Origin: Candidatus Latescibacterota bacterium
GTDB taxonomy: Bacteria > Latescibacterota > UBA2968 > GCA-2709665
Reading direction: 5' to 3'
Assembly: GCA_965219455.1 (NCBI GenBank)
Contig: OZ244744.1
Coordinates: 4,480,001 to 4,544,000 of the forward strand
Length of the DNA stretch: 64,000 bases
Numbering within the stretch: the stretch's first letter is position 1; every line of letters starts with the position of its first letter. The notes under the pieces are model-generated. The model was not told the origin of the DNA. It ran no database searches and saw nothing but the letters and a program-made list of their open reading frames with translations. This document shows, piece after piece, positions 9,792-19,762 of the stretch. The position numbers and the translations under genes are program-made.

Positions 9792-10226
9792 TCAACCCGC
9801 GCGTGTTGACCCTCGACACGTGATTTCAATCAGGTTGCCGTCGGGATCCTGGAGAAACACAAACCGGTTTCCGTCGTGCGGTCTGATTCCCGGACCGCCG
9901 ACGACATGTACCCACTCGCCGTCCAGAGATTTGATGACGCGTTTAAAGTCTGAAACCTCCAGCGCGATGTGGCGCCTGGACGGATCGGGGTGTTCTTCCG
10001 CGACCAGAAGGTGTATTTCCACGCTTCCGCATCGGTACCACGCGCCTTCGAAATCGTAACGGGGCCGGGGGATCGGGTGCAGGCCCAGGAATTTCTCGTA
10101 AAAGGACCTGGATCGATCCAGATTGCGTGCGACAAGGGTGATGTGGTGCACGCCCACGATGTCCAGCACGGGGGAGACCGCACCCCGGACAGAGCATTCC
10201 GGACTATTTAGGGTATCGTGTGCCAC
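9792..10226 (-). CDS. VOC/glyoxalase family protein (true start probably downstream)
   Basis: HHITLVARNLDRSRSFY, EIHL, HIAL and FLQDPDGNLIEI. Confidence 0.9.
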   Translation of the reverse strand: MAHDTLNSPECSVRGAVSPVLDIVGVHHITLVARNLDRSRSFYEKFLGLHPIPRPRYDFEGAWYRCGSVEIHLLVAEEHPDPSRRHIALEVSDFKRVIKSLDGEWVHVVGGPGIRPHDGNRFVFLQDPDGNLIEITCRGSTRAG

Positions 10227-10231
10227 GGTTC

Positions 10232-11113
10232 TCAGTTCTCCGTAAGGTATGCACGGATTTTGCGCACTCGCGACGGGTGTTTGAGTGCGGCAAGGGCCTT
10301 GTCTCGAATCTGTCGGACTCGCTCCTTTGTAAGGCTGAGTTGATTGCCGATTTGTTCGAGCGTCATGGAGTCTTGGCCGTTAATTCCGAAATAGAGCCGT
10401 AGAATTCGCGCTTCCCGCGAGGCAAGGGAATCCAGCGCGGACCGAATCTCGTCGGCCATCGCCTGTTCCATCACTTCAACCTCGGGCGATACCTGGTCTT
10501 TGTCTTCCAGGACTTCCAGCAGGGAAGAGTCCGGCCCGTCGTCCAGCGGCATGTCCAGTGACACGTGCCATCGCGATGCGTTCAACAGGTCCTGCGCTTG
10601 CTTGGGCTGCATCTCCGCCCCCACCGCGATCTCGTCGATGCTGGGTTCCCTGCCAAGTTTCTGCTTCAGGCTTGACGCGATACGCTCCAGCCGGCACAGG
10701 TGTTTGATCTTGTTTACCGGAAGCCTGACCATACGGGCTTTTTCGGCAAGCGATGAGAGAATGCCCTGTCGGATCCACCAGACCGCATAGGTTGTAAATT
10801 TGACACCGACCGTTTCGTCGTACCGCGTTACAGCGCGAACCAACCCGAGGTTGCCCTCGGCAATCAGATCTTCCAGGGGCAAGCCACGCCCCTGGTATTC
10901 TTTGGCGATCGTGATGACGAACCGGAGGTTGCACTCGACCATCTGATCCAGACTCTTGCGGTCGCCGGCCCTGATACGCTTGGCCAATGCCACTTCCTGT
11001 TGCGGCGTGAGCAGATCATTATAGGCAATATCCTTGAGATAAAGCTCAAGCGCCGTCCGATTCTTTCCCCGTGATGAGATTCCGTTCTGCTGGCTCACTA
11101 CCGTTGCAGGCAT
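10232..11113 (-). CDS. RNA polymerase sigma-70 factor, RpoD/SigA-like, lacking region 1.1
   Basis: YLKDI (region 1.2), NLRFVITIAKEY, DLIAEGNLGL, KFTTYAVWWIRQ (region 2) and TLEQIG..LTKERVRQI (region 4). Confidence 0.95.
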   Translation of the reverse strand: MPATVVSQQNGISSRGKNRTALELYLKDIAYNDLLTPQQEVALAKRIRAGDRKSLDQMVECNLRFVITIAKEYQGRGLPLEDLIAEGNLGLVRAVTRYDETVGVKFTTYAVWWIRQGILSSLAEKARMVRLPVNKIKHLCRLERIASSLKQKLGREPSIDEIAVGAEMQPKQAQDLLNASRWHVSLDMPLDDGPDSSLLEVLEDKDQVSPEVEVMEQAMADEIRSALDSLASREARILRLYFGINGQDSMTLEQIGNQLSLTKERVRQIRDKALAALKHPSRVRKIRAYLTEN

Positions 11114-11299
11114 TACTTTCCCCCAGGCAATGGTGCGGACGTCTGCATGCGGGTGCCGGGCGCATTTCAACTATTCACGGCAATACCCGGAACCCGTACG
11201 TAGACAAGTCCTGTACGGGTACCATACACTACCGACGACAGGCTGGTTTGAAAACACCACCTGTGAACGTGGACAACACGATGTGGAAAGGGGAGGAAA

Positions 11300-11586
11300 G
11301 AAAAAAGGGAGAAGGGGAATCTGGAGAGTTCAACCCCTCTTGGGGCGAGGCGTTGAACTTGTGGGGAAAACGGAAGATAGAGCCGGGAACCCTTTAGGGG
11401 AAAGGTTCCCTGATGCTATTTCCTGATCTGCGCCTTCCTGGTTCTGCAACCTGGAACTTACTCTCAGCCCGAGAGCAGGTTCATTCCCGGAATCACCGTT
11501 TCACAACCGCGGGGCACGGCTGATAGCTGCGGGAACTCCGAGTCCATCCGAATTCTATCGGTTCCAATGTACCGAAAGTCGTGTGA
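11300..11586 (-). ncRNA. Candidate structured RNA / long 5' leader upstream of the sigma factor
   Basis: Follows a near-consensus promoter; hairpins at about 11558-11575, 11454-11482, 11385-11410 and 11327-11359, then a pyrimidine/U tract; no credible ORF. Confidence 0.4.
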
Positions 11587-11592
11587 AATAGC

Positions 11593-11621
11593 AAGATAAC
11601 ACACGACCGGCGTTTTGTCAA
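11593..11621 (-). promoter_or_regulatory. sigma-70 promoter
   Basis: Minus strand TTGACA-17 nt-TATCTT with extended -10 TG. Confidence 0.7.
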
Positions 11622-11699
11622 CCCAGGATCGCGGTTTTTTTTGAACCAGGTAAAGAAATGGGATCGGCGGAATTCACCGGAGGTCGTGGTCGGGCCTAC

Positions 11700-11724
11700 C
11701 AGCCCGTTGAAAAAGTCCATCCGG
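11700..11724. repeat. Isolated end of MITE family A
   Basis: CAGCCCGTTGAAAAAGTCCATCCGG is nearly the reverse complement of the right end of 15195-15356. Confidence 0.65.
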
Positions 11725-11753
11725 TTACGGGGAGGCGCGCCCCGGTCCGGCGT

Positions 11754-12263
11754 TTATTCGTCCACTTCGCCTTCCGGGCCGCGCGTACCCAGATCTCTGT
11801 CCAGAATAAACAGGCCGTTGCCGTCGTTGCCAACCAATTTCAGTTTGTTAACGATATCGCTCGCGGTGGCTTCTTCTTCCACCTGTTCGGTCACGAACCA
11901 CTGGAGAAAGGTGTTGGTGGCGTGGTCTCTTTCCTTAAGGCAAAGGTCCACCAGGTCGTAGATCTGAGTGGTTACGGCCTTTTCGTGTTGATAGGCATCT
12001 TCGAACGCCGCCAGTGAATTGTCCCACTGCCGTTTGGGCGCTGCGATGGTCGTGAGTGCTACCTCGCCCTCGCGATCGTTGATAAAGTCGTAAACCTTCA
12101 TGGCGTGCACCAATTCCTCCTGCGCCTGGGCACGCATCCAGGAGGCAAAACCCGTCAGGTTGATGGCATGAAAATAAGCGGACATGGAAAGATAATAATA
12201 CGAGGCATAGAGTTCGGAATTCAACTGATCGTTCAAGGCGGCCTGTACATTATCTCTAAGCAT
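11754..12263 (-). CDS. ftnA: Ferritin (non-heme, FtnA type)
   Basis: QLNSELYASYYYLSMS, QAQEELVHAMK, HEKAVT and FLQWFVTEQVEEE ferroxidase ligands. Confidence 0.95.
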   Translation of the reverse strand: MLRDNVQAALNDQLNSELYASYYYLSMSAYFHAINLTGFASWMRAQAQEELVHAMKVYDFINDREGEVALTTIAAPKRQWDNSLAAFEDAYQHEKAVTTQIYDLVDLCLKERDHATNTFLQWFVTEQVEEEATASDIVNKLKLVGNDGNGLFILDRDLGTRGPEGEVDE

Positions 12264-12441
12264 TCACATTCTCCATGCGGACAAACGACCAGAGCACATA
12301 AGAGGGTCAATTCCGGTTTTTGCGATAGGCTGCGTACAATGGCTCACCCTATCTCATCTGTGATGTGACGACAAACCGAGGGGATGCAAGTATACCAAAA
12401 ACCGAAAAGAAAACAAGGGTTTCCTTTACTGATCCCTAACA

Positions 12442-12475
12442 GAAAGCCATCCTGCCTGTCAGCAGGATGGCTTTC
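12442..12475 (-). terminator. Hairpin, probable terminator downstream of the TonB-dependent receptor
   Basis: GAAAGCCATCCTGC-loop-GCAGGATGGCTTTC, 14-bp stem. Confidence 0.6.
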
Positions 12476-12609
12476 CAACGGGACGAGATGGTGGAGAGAT
12501 CAGCGGGCGGGTTACGGGCGGATCTTAAAAGTCTCGGGCCGGCCGTTTGCATCGTCCGAATTGAACGTCTACCCGCGACAGCTGCCGCGATACAACCTGG
12601 TTAGCAGTG

Positions 12610-14898
12610 TCAAAAATCGGTCTTGACGCCACCGATCAACCTGCGCGGCAAACCGGGTCGCACGCCTGCCGGGCGGCGTGCCGTGATGTAGGTCTTGTCG
12701 CTCAGGTTCCGCACGCCACCGAACAGCTTTGCGCGTTCCGTGAGCTTGAATTCTGCAGTGAAGTCCACAACCAATGCGGCGTCGGTACTCGCGAGTTCGG
12801 CGATGGCGCCAGAACCGGGTTCCGTTCGCATTCGGCTCGAATACTTCCCGCCCAGATCCAGGCCCCACCGTTCATAGTTCAGACCGACGTTTATGAAATA
12901 CTGGTGTCTGGGAATGTAGGGCAGTTCGTCGCCCTCTGTCACCGTGCCCCATGCATCGAATTCGCTATCGAAGTTGCTTCTGAACTGGGCGCTGGTGAAT
13001 GTATAGACAAGCCGGATTGGCAGCGAAAAGGGTTGTTGGGCGGCCTGTGCAGGGTCGTATCGCAATTCAAACTCCAGGCCTTTGGAGACGGCCCCGCCAC
13101 CGTTGAACAGGTCACCGGAGCCGCTTCCGCCCGCGGCGGCCAGGTCTGCGCCAAGCAGGTTGTCGTAGTTGTTTAAATAGACGATGGCCTCGGTACGGAG
13201 GGTGTTTTTTCGGTAACGCAGGCCCACTTCGTAACCGATGCTGTCTTCAGGCCTGGTGCCCGCCCTGGAGCCGGGCGGGGAGAATCCTTTGTGGACGCCG
13301 GCAAAGACACTTGCGCCGGATGGCAGTTTGTAGTTGACGCCAAGGCCGGGGATCCATACGGACACCTTGTTTTCCCGGTCCGTGAGGTTCGCGCCTGACC
13401 TGTCCGGATCCGACTTGCCGTAGTCTCTACGGTCGATTTTGATATTTTCGTACCTGATTCCCGGTGTGATCAGCCACTTGTCGCGGGTGAATTTGTATTG
13501 CGCGAAAGACGCGAAGGCGGTTGCCGTTTCCACGCGGTTGCTTTCCGTACCCTTCGCTCCGGCATCGGTCAGTTTCATGACGCCTGTATCCATTCTGTAC
13601 TTGTCTACCCATTGGAATCTGTCGATCTGGTCCTCGTGGAGCCGGAAACCGATTTCCAGTGCGTGGCTCATACCGTTGTTTTCGCCGCGTAGCGAGATAG
13701 TGGCCTGCGCACCCCTGGCGTAGTAACTTCGGTTGTTGGCCTTGACTTCCAGGGCGTTGTCGTTGGGGCTCGTTGCGCCGGTGATGATGTCGTATTCCGC
13801 TGTGTGTCCAATGGGATCTTTCAGGATACTGCCAATCCTGCCCCGGTCTCCGTCAAGAGAGGCTCGCGCCCGATCCAGCTTGTACCAGTTGCGATGGAAA
13901 TTGGTATGATACAGAGCGGCGGTAAAGTCGAGTGTTTCGTTTGCCTGGATGAAGTAGCGAACCAGCACCTGCTCCTGTTCGGCGGTCATCAGGTCCATCT
14001 GGGATCCGGCATATCGACGATAGGGCGTCCTGGCAAAGTCGGAATCGGTTAACCCCAGATAGGTCTCGTTTGACGTTTCGTTCGCCCGTCCCAGCTTGAG
14101 CAGCAGTTCCTGATACCCATCGCCGACGTCACGGGTGTTGACGCGGAATTTGGCGAGGTAGTCTTCTTTGTCAAACCCGGTATCGCCTCCGCCGTCCAGA
14201 ACCTTGTAGCCGTCGGTATTGGCCTGGTAACTTTCGATCATCCAGCCGAAATTCTCGTATGCGTCTCCCGCATACGTGTGGATATTGTGGGATCCATCCT
14301 GTCCAAGGGAAAGGTTCGCGCGGCCGCTGAAACGATCGGGAATGGCCGTCGAGATCAGGTTCAAAGCCCCACCCGTGGTGTACGGGCCGTGTTTGATCTG
14401 GCTGGACCCCTTTCGGACTTCGATGCTCTGCATGCGGCCCGCAGTAGGGAAATAATAGGCGGCGGGCGCGACGTACGGCGCCGGCGCCATCAGAATACCG
14501 TCTTCCATGAGGGTGATCTTGGCGCTGCGCTCCACGCCGGTGCCACGCATGCCGATGTTGGGGCGCAGGCCATAACCCTCCTCGTCCTGTATATTCACAC
14601 CTGGCACCTCGCGCAAGATGCGCAGGATGTCGTTGTAATTCTGTTTGGCAAGCCTTGCCTCGCCGATGTAGTGGGCCGATCCGGGAATATCGTTGATTTT
14701 GTCCGGGTCTCCGATGACCATCACGCGGTCGAGGACGATGACTTCGGCCAGAATCGAGTCGGCCTGTGCGGGCGTGGCTGTGGCGGTTGAGTCCTCCGCG
14801 AGCGCCCTGCTGCCGCCGGCCCCCGAAAGTACAAGGACGCCGAAGGCGCACGATAGTAGACGTCTTCCGAGGTAAGGTTGTACGATGCTCATGGTCAT
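12610..14898 (-). CDS. TonB-dependent outer-membrane receptor, FecA-like
   Basis: Signal peptide; plug motifs LREVPGVNIQDEEGYGLRPNIGMRG and IEVRKGSSQIKHGPYTTGGALN; C-terminal RPGLPRR...DF. Confidence 0.93.
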   Translation of the reverse strand: MTMSIVQPYLGRRLLSCAFGVLVLSGAGGSRALAEDSTATATPAQADSILAEVIVLDRVMVIGDPDKINDIPGSAHYIGEARLAKQNYNDILRILREVPGVNIQDEEGYGLRPNIGMRGTGVERSAKITLMEDGILMAPAPYVAPAAYYFPTAGRMQSIEVRKGSSQIKHGPYTTGGALNLISTAIPDRFSGRANLSLGQDGSHNIHTYAGDAYENFGWMIESYQANTDGYKVLDGGGDTGFDKEDYLAKFRVNTRDVGDGYQELLLKLGRANETSNETYLGLTDSDFARTPYRRYAGSQMDLMTAEQEQVLVRYFIQANETLDFTAALYHTNFHRNWYKLDRARASLDGDRGRIGSILKDPIGHTAEYDIITGATSPNDNALEVKANNRSYYARGAQATISLRGENNGMSHALEIGFRLHEDQIDRFQWVDKYRMDTGVMKLTDAGAKGTESNRVETATAFASFAQYKFTRDKWLITPGIRYENIKIDRRDYGKSDPDRSGANLTDRENKVSVWIPGLGVNYKLPSGASVFAGVHKGFSPPGSRAGTRPEDSIGYEVGLRYRKNTLRTEAIVYLNNYDNLLGADLAAAGGSGSGDLFNGGGAVSKGLEFELRYDPAQAAQQPFSLPIRLVYTFTSAQFRSNFDSEFDAWGTVTEGDELPYIPRHQYFINVGLNYERWGLDLGGKYSSRMRTEPGSGAIAELASTDAALVVDFTAEFKLTERAKLFGGVRNLSDKTYITARRPAGVRPGLPRRLIGGVKTDF

Positions 14899-15027
14899 TT
14901 CCCTCTCTTGTTTGCCGTCTGGCGGTTGGTTGAGGCCTGTCGTACATTCGGTCGATTGTGGTAACGACTTCCGATTTTCCGGAGGCGAACCCGAATTTTT
15001 TGAGGCCGCCATTTTGGTATACAAAGG

Positions 15028-15097
15028 AAACAATTATTAAATATATACGACAATTGTTTTATAACTATAACATACGAGTCCGGTTTTCAAATGTCAA
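15028..15097 (-). promoter_or_regulatory. sigma-70 promoter with AT-rich inverted-repeat operator for the receptor gene
   Basis: Minus strand TTGACA-17 nt-TATGTT (15097-15069); AAACAATT-16 nt-AATTGTTT (15028-15059) just downstream of -10. Confidence 0.6.
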
Positions 15098-15194
15098 GAA
15101 AAACCCGGCCTTTTTGAGGCGGAACAAAAAAAACGATTGGCTGCGATATCGAGGATATCTATTTTACGTAAAACCGGTGTTGAATTCATTGTAA

Positions 15195-15356
15195 ACAGTC
15201 CGTTGATAAAGTCGTTCTGCAGGCGAGGCCGAGTCATTGTGGTCGAAGACAAGGCGCGCGACCGCGTCGAATCGGGGGATTCGGGGAGGGAGTGCAACGC
15301 AGTAATTCGGCCACAAGGGCCGGACGCAGCCCGGATGGACTTTTTCAACGGCCTGT
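15195..15356. mobile_element. MITE-like element, family A, copy 1 (162 bp)
   Basis: Terminal inverted repeats ACAGTCCGTTGATAAAG / CTTTTTCAACGGCCTGT; same length as, and colinear with, 44729-44890. Confidence 0.8.
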
Positions 15357-15368
15357 TAAGGAGCGATT

Positions 15369-16358
15369 ATGAACGATAATCCCCTCAGGGTCGCCGTCAT
15401 CGGCGCCAGTGGAATCGGTCAGCATCACGCCCGTTGGTACGATCTCTCGGGGTGTGAAGTGGTTGCGTTTGCGGGTACGTCAAATGCCTCGTGTGAGCAC
15501 ACCCGCGCGCGGTTGGCATCCTACTTCGGATTCCGCGGCCGGACGTATCAGGATGTGGAGGCAATGCTTCGGGAGGAGGCCCCTGACATTGTCGCGGTAA
15601 CGAGCCCTTACCCCATGCACAAGGCGCACGCGCTTGCCGCGCTGGAGGCGGGGGCGCACGTGTTGTGCGAGAAGCCATTCTGTTGGGACAAGAACAAGGA
15701 TTTGGATGAGATTCTTGCGGACGGACGGGCAGTTGTGGCAAAGGCGAAGGACGCCGGCCGTCTGCTGGGTGTGTCTGCCCAGTATCCGGCGGGCATTCCA
15801 CATTACCGGGCCTTTTACGAGCAGGTCCGCGGGGCGTGGGACGACGTGACCCGGATTACGATGGAAATGGAAGTGAAGGGAAGAAAGGGTCCAAAACGCT
15901 ACGAGGAAATCTGGGCGGACGTCGCCCCGCACGCGTTGAGTCTGGTCATCGGATTCCTGCCGGATGGCAGGATGGATACGGGAACAGCGGTCTGTGAAAT
16001 CGAAGAGCGGGAGAATCGGGCGCGGTTTGACTGCGTCAGCCCCGGCGGGCGCTGCGCCGTCGATCTTGTGTTAAGGGATATCGACGTAGGCATTCCGGCC
16101 CGCCGGTTCGGTGTGAACGGCTTCATGGTGGATTGGGAGGGGTACGCAGATGCCGATGGGATCTACCGCGCACGGCTGGTTCATGGCGGTGAGTCGTTAC
16201 CATGTGACGACTTTCTGCATATTCTGATTGAGGCCTTCGTTTCGTTGGTGCGGGGTTCGGGCCGGCGGGCAGTTGTTTCAGGAAAGGAAGGGTTGCTGGG
16301 ACTGGAATACCAGGTCGAACTGTTGCGCATGGCCAGAGGGCGGGTCCCCTCCCAATGA
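15369..16358 (+). CDS. Gfo/Idh/MocA family oxidoreductase
   Basis: RVAVIGASGIGQHH and HVLCEKP. Confidence 0.88.
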   Translation: MNDNPLRVAVIGASGIGQHHARWYDLSGCEVVAFAGTSNASCEHTRARLASYFGFRGRTYQDVEAMLREEAPDIVAVTSPYPMHKAHALAALEAGAHVLCEKPFCWDKNKDLDEILADGRAVVAKAKDAGRLLGVSAQYPAGIPHYRAFYEQVRGAWDDVTRITMEMEVKGRKGPKRYEEIWADVAPHALSLVIGFLPDGRMDTGTAVCEIEERENRARFDCVSPGGRCAVDLVLRDIDVGIPARRFGVNGFMVDWEGYADADGIYRARLVHGGESLPCDDFLHILIEAFVSLVRGSGRRAVVSGKEGLLGLEYQVELLRMARGRVPSQ

Positions 16359-16378
16359 CGAGCACCGGGCGTGTAGGA

Positions 16379-17158
16379 ATGAAACCAGTGCGCAAGGCCA
16401 GTATTGCGGTTATCGTCACCTGTCACAACTACGGCCGTTACCTTCAGCAATGCCTGCATTCGATTGAATCGCAGGTGTTGAAGCCGGCGTCCGTTCTGGT
16501 CGTGGACGACGCCAGCACGGACGAGACAGAGGCCGTCGTCCGGCAGTTTCCGGAGGTGGAGTACCGGCGGGTTGAATTCCTGAATGGCAACAGATCCCGC
16601 AATTTTGGCTTCACTCAGGTCACTGCCGAGTGGGTTGTCTTTTTCGACGCGGACAACTATATGGCGCCCGAATTTCTGGATAAGCTTTACGGGGCGTCAC
16701 GCGCGCGGCCGGGCCTTGATTTTGTGTATTGCGATCGCATCAATTTCACAGACGGGGATGGTTCATGGTATCCGGAGCGGGAGGGAGTCCGGAAGTCCGG
16801 ACCCTTTCAGCCGGAGCGGCTGCGACAGGGCAATTATGTCGATCTCGCCTCGTTATTGCGTGCCGGTTGTTTTCCCGGTTTTGACGAATCTCTGCGGCGT
16901 TATCAGGATTGGGATCTCTGGTTGAATGTCGTCTTGAGACAGGGTGGGCGTGGATTCTACGTGCCGCAACCCCTTTTTTACTATCGGATCCACGGCGCCA
17001 ATGTCAGCCGAAAGGAGTCCGACGACCGGGCGGTCTGGTCCGTCCGACGGAAATACGGACTCGGACTCTACTTCAATCTGCCGCTGATTAAGGACGTACG
17101 CTGGCTGTTCTGTATCCTGCGAAAAATAAAAAGAGTCGTTTTCGGCTATAACCGCTGA
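16379..17158 (+). CDS. Glycosyltransferase family 2
   Basis: HNYGRYL, VVDDASTD, FFDADN and FDESLRRYQDWDLWL. Confidence 0.9.
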   Translation: MKPVRKASIAVIVTCHNYGRYLQQCLHSIESQVLKPASVLVVDDASTDETEAVVRQFPEVEYRRVEFLNGNRSRNFGFTQVTAEWVVFFDADNYMAPEFLDKLYGASRARPGLDFVYCDRINFTDGDGSWYPEREGVRKSGPFQPERLRQGNYVDLASLLRAGCFPGFDESLRRYQDWDLWLNVVLRQGGRGFYVPQPLFYYRIHGANVSRKESDDRAVWSVRRKYGLGLYFNLPLIKDVRWLFCILRKIKRVVFGYNR

Positions 17159-17253
17159 CGATAAGGTGACGTCGGTTTTCTCCTCGCCGGGTAGCCGGCT
17201 TGTTGCCCGATCGTGAGCCGGGCCGAGGTTGCGAGGATCCCGGACCATCGCAC

Positions 17254-17802
17254 CTATTTCGCAAACCCAAGAAAATTCAGAAACTCACGTTTTCCGCCTG
17301 CCTCTTCCTTCTTGTTCCAGGATTCGACCCGCTCGTAATAACACTGCTCCTCTTTTTCTTCCCAATCGCACAAGGCCTTGATTTGTCTGAGCGAGTTCCG
17401 GCCGTCGAGTTCGTACGGACATTCAACCGCGTCGCTGATACTGAGGAATTCGATCCCGCCGCGCGCGTCGAATTCGACGTTGAAGGGATAACGGCGACAG
17501 GTTACCGGGCGAAATTCATAGATGGTGCAGAGGTCGTCCTTTCCAAGAAATCGGCATCCGTCTTCATTCCGGCTCAAGCCCATGATGCGGTGTTCGTCTT
17601 CGAGCCTGATCCATCCCGGATTCGAGACGCCCCATTCAATTTCACCGGGTGAATAGAATTCAACGACATCGGCGGCGTCCCGGTCCGTATATAACACAAT
17701 GCGCCGGATATCTTCGTCCGTCACCAGTGCGATGGGTTCCCTGCAACAGTTACCGCAACCCGTGCAACGGAACCTGAGAAGGTGTTTCCATGCTGTCGCC
17801 AT
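17254..17802 (-). CDS. YkgJ-family (CxxCxxCC) cysteine-cluster Fe-S/Zn protein
   Basis: FRCTGCGNCC...CRFL...CTIYEFRPVTCRRYPF. Confidence 0.88.
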   Translation of the reverse strand: MATAWKHLLRFRCTGCGNCCREPIALVTDEDIRRIVLYTDRDAADVVEFYSPGEIEWGVSNPGWIRLEDEHRIMGLSRNEDGCRFLGKDDLCTIYEFRPVTCRRYPFNVEFDARGGIEFLSISDAVECPYELDGRNSLRQIKALCDWEEKEEQCYYERVESWNKKEEAGGKREFLNFLGFAK

Positions 17803-17938
17803 CGTATGGTATCCCGGACGCCGGGAATGCAAGCCGGCGAAGCGTATTGCTAGTGTTCTTCAACATGGGGTGTGTCGTCGATCGTTCTTCCGGTCGCCTC
17901 GACTCCCCATCGCGGTTGTATACGATCGTTCCGGGACA

Positions 17939-17967
17939 AACATATCCAGATGGATGCAGGCTGTCAA
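17939..17967 (-). promoter_or_regulatory. sigma-70 promoter upstream of the YkgJ-like gene
   Basis: Minus strand TTGACA-17 nt-TATGTT. Confidence 0.55.
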
Positions 17968-18161
17968 GGGCTGCGTAACCGGGAAATGAGGCTCGATTTT
18001 GTCTTTTCACCGGGGCCCCGGTTTGTTATACTTGGAATTTCCGTGAATCGGGACGGATTGAACCGGGGCTTCGGAGACATCGTCGTGGAGTTAAGAGGCG
18101 ACCGACGGTCGCCTCCCCGCGGAGGACAGCTGGCCCGGATCCGGCAATTCCTGGGGGCCGT

Positions 18162-18878
18162 TTGGACACTACGCATCTGGTGCTGGCGTTGGCGGGCCTG
18201 CTCATTGGCGTTATGAAGGCGGGTTTCGGCGGCGGCGTGGGTGTGGTCGTGACGCCGCTTCTGGCGCTCGTGATGCCGGCCAAGCTGGCGCTGGGTGTCA
18301 TGCTTCCGCTATCGCTGGCGGCGGATTTGATCGCTATTAAGTATTACTGGAAATACCGGGTTTCGAGATTCGTCTTCGCTCTGATTCCCGGAATGGCAGT
18401 GGGCGTGTTGGTTGGCTGGGTATTGCTGGATGCGATTCCGGAACTCTGGTTCCGGCGGATGCTTGGCGGACTGGCTTGCGTCTTCGGGTTGTTGCAGACA
18501 TTTAAGGACCGTCTGCCGAAAGTGCCACCCGTCTCGGGAGTCGCCGCCGGCGTGGCGTTGGGTGTCGTCTCGGTACTCACCCATTCGGGAGGCATCATTC
18601 TTATGCTCTATCTGATGCCACGGGGGTTGAGCGGCCGGGTGTTTGTGTCCACGGCGGTGGTGGTCGGGCTCGTTCTGAATACGATGAAATCAGGGGCCTA
18701 TGCGAAACTGGGTCTGCTGGGTCCCGAAGTCTGGCTTATGGACCTCTGGATGCTCCCGACGCTTGCCGCGGGCGTTGGGGTCGGCATTCTGATGAACCGC
18801 CGCTTGCCGGTCGTGTGGTTCAACAGGGCAATTCTGACACTGGTTCTTGTGATCGGCGTCAGGTTGATGATATCGTAA
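18162..18878 (+). CDS. Sulfite exporter TauE/SafE family membrane protein
   Basis: KAGFGGGVGVVVTPLL, multiple TM helices and HSGG repeat. Confidence 0.88.
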   Translation: MDTTHLVLALAGLLIGVMKAGFGGGVGVVVTPLLALVMPAKLALGVMLPLSLAADLIAIKYYWKYRVSRFVFALIPGMAVGVLVGWVLLDAIPELWFRRMLGGLACVFGLLQTFKDRLPKVPPVSGVAAGVALGVVSVLTHSGGIILMLYLMPRGLSGRVFVSTAVVVGLVLNTMKSGAYAKLGLLGPEVWLMDLWMLPTLAAGVGVGILMNRRLPVVWFNRAILTLVLVIGVRLMIS

Positions 18879-18922
18879 GAACGTGGTGGGCGCATGGCGC
18901 TTCAAACGGTGCGGGAGGACGT

Positions 18923-19657
18923 ATGTCCAGGCCCGTAATTGGTATCACCACGAGTGTTGAAACACCCGAAGGCGGGGATTCCCGGCAGGTCGTGAGCCGC
19001 GCATATATTCGTGCGGTTGAACGCGCTGGAGGATGTCCGGTGATTCTGCCGATGGTCGATCACAGAGATGCGCTGGCGCCGGTGCTCGACCGGATCGATG
19101 GGCTGATCATTACGGGCGGTCCGGGCATCACGGACGGGCTCATCGGCGCTCTGCCCGAGGATTTGCCGCCCGTGGACCCGACCCGCGGCCGTGCGGATGG
19201 GTGGGTCTTCCAGGGCGCACGAGAACGGGATCTCCCGATGCTGGGCATTTGCTACGGGATGCAGTTCATCAATGCCCAATTCGACGGTGCGATTTATGGG
19301 GATCTGCAGGCCCAACTCGGCAAATGCGCCCACTCGCCCGGGCGGTCGGGGGAACGTGGGGTGCGGCACCTCGTGCGGACGCGGGCCGATACCTGGCTTG
19401 CCCGCCTGACCGGCCGTGACCCCGCGGAGGTGAATAGCTCCCATATTCAGGCCATAGAGGGGCCAGGGATCGGGCTCCGCGTGAATGCGGTAAGCGAGGA
19501 CGGGGTGATTGAGGGGATCGAGACGGAAGATGGCCGCATTATTGGCGTTCAGTTTCACCCGGAAGGGTTGCCAGGCACGGTCTGGGACCGCATTTTCGAA
19601 CATCTGGTTGCAATATCGCAGACAGGCGGGAACAGGGGTCCCGGCAGCCGGGACTGA
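18923..19657 (+). CDS. Gamma-glutamyl-gamma-aminobutyrate hydrolase family (peptidase C26, PuuD-like)
   Basis: RPVIGIT, GLIITGG, LGICYGMQ, VNSSHIQ and GVQFHPE triad motifs. Confidence 0.92.
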   Translation: MSRPVIGITTSVETPEGGDSRQVVSRAYIRAVERAGGCPVILPMVDHRDALAPVLDRIDGLIITGGPGITDGLIGALPEDLPPVDPTRGRADGWVFQGARERDLPMLGICYGMQFINAQFDGAIYGDLQAQLGKCAHSPGRSGERGVRHLVRTRADTWLARLTGRDPAEVNSSHIQAIEGPGIGLRVNAVSEDGVIEGIETEDGRIIGVQFHPEGLPGTVWDRIFEHLVAISQTGGNRGPGSRD

Positions 19658-19762
19658 ATTTAATGCGGCGACCACCGCCGGTGTCCGAACCGAGGCGGTT
19701 GCTGAATAAAACGGTCTGAACGAGTGATGATTCGAAAGTACGCATCCAGGAAGGGATCTGCG

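Noticed and set aside
14899-15030. Cobalamin or TPP riboswitch upstream of the TonB-dependent receptor
   Set aside because: No B12-box or TPP consensus elements were recognisable.
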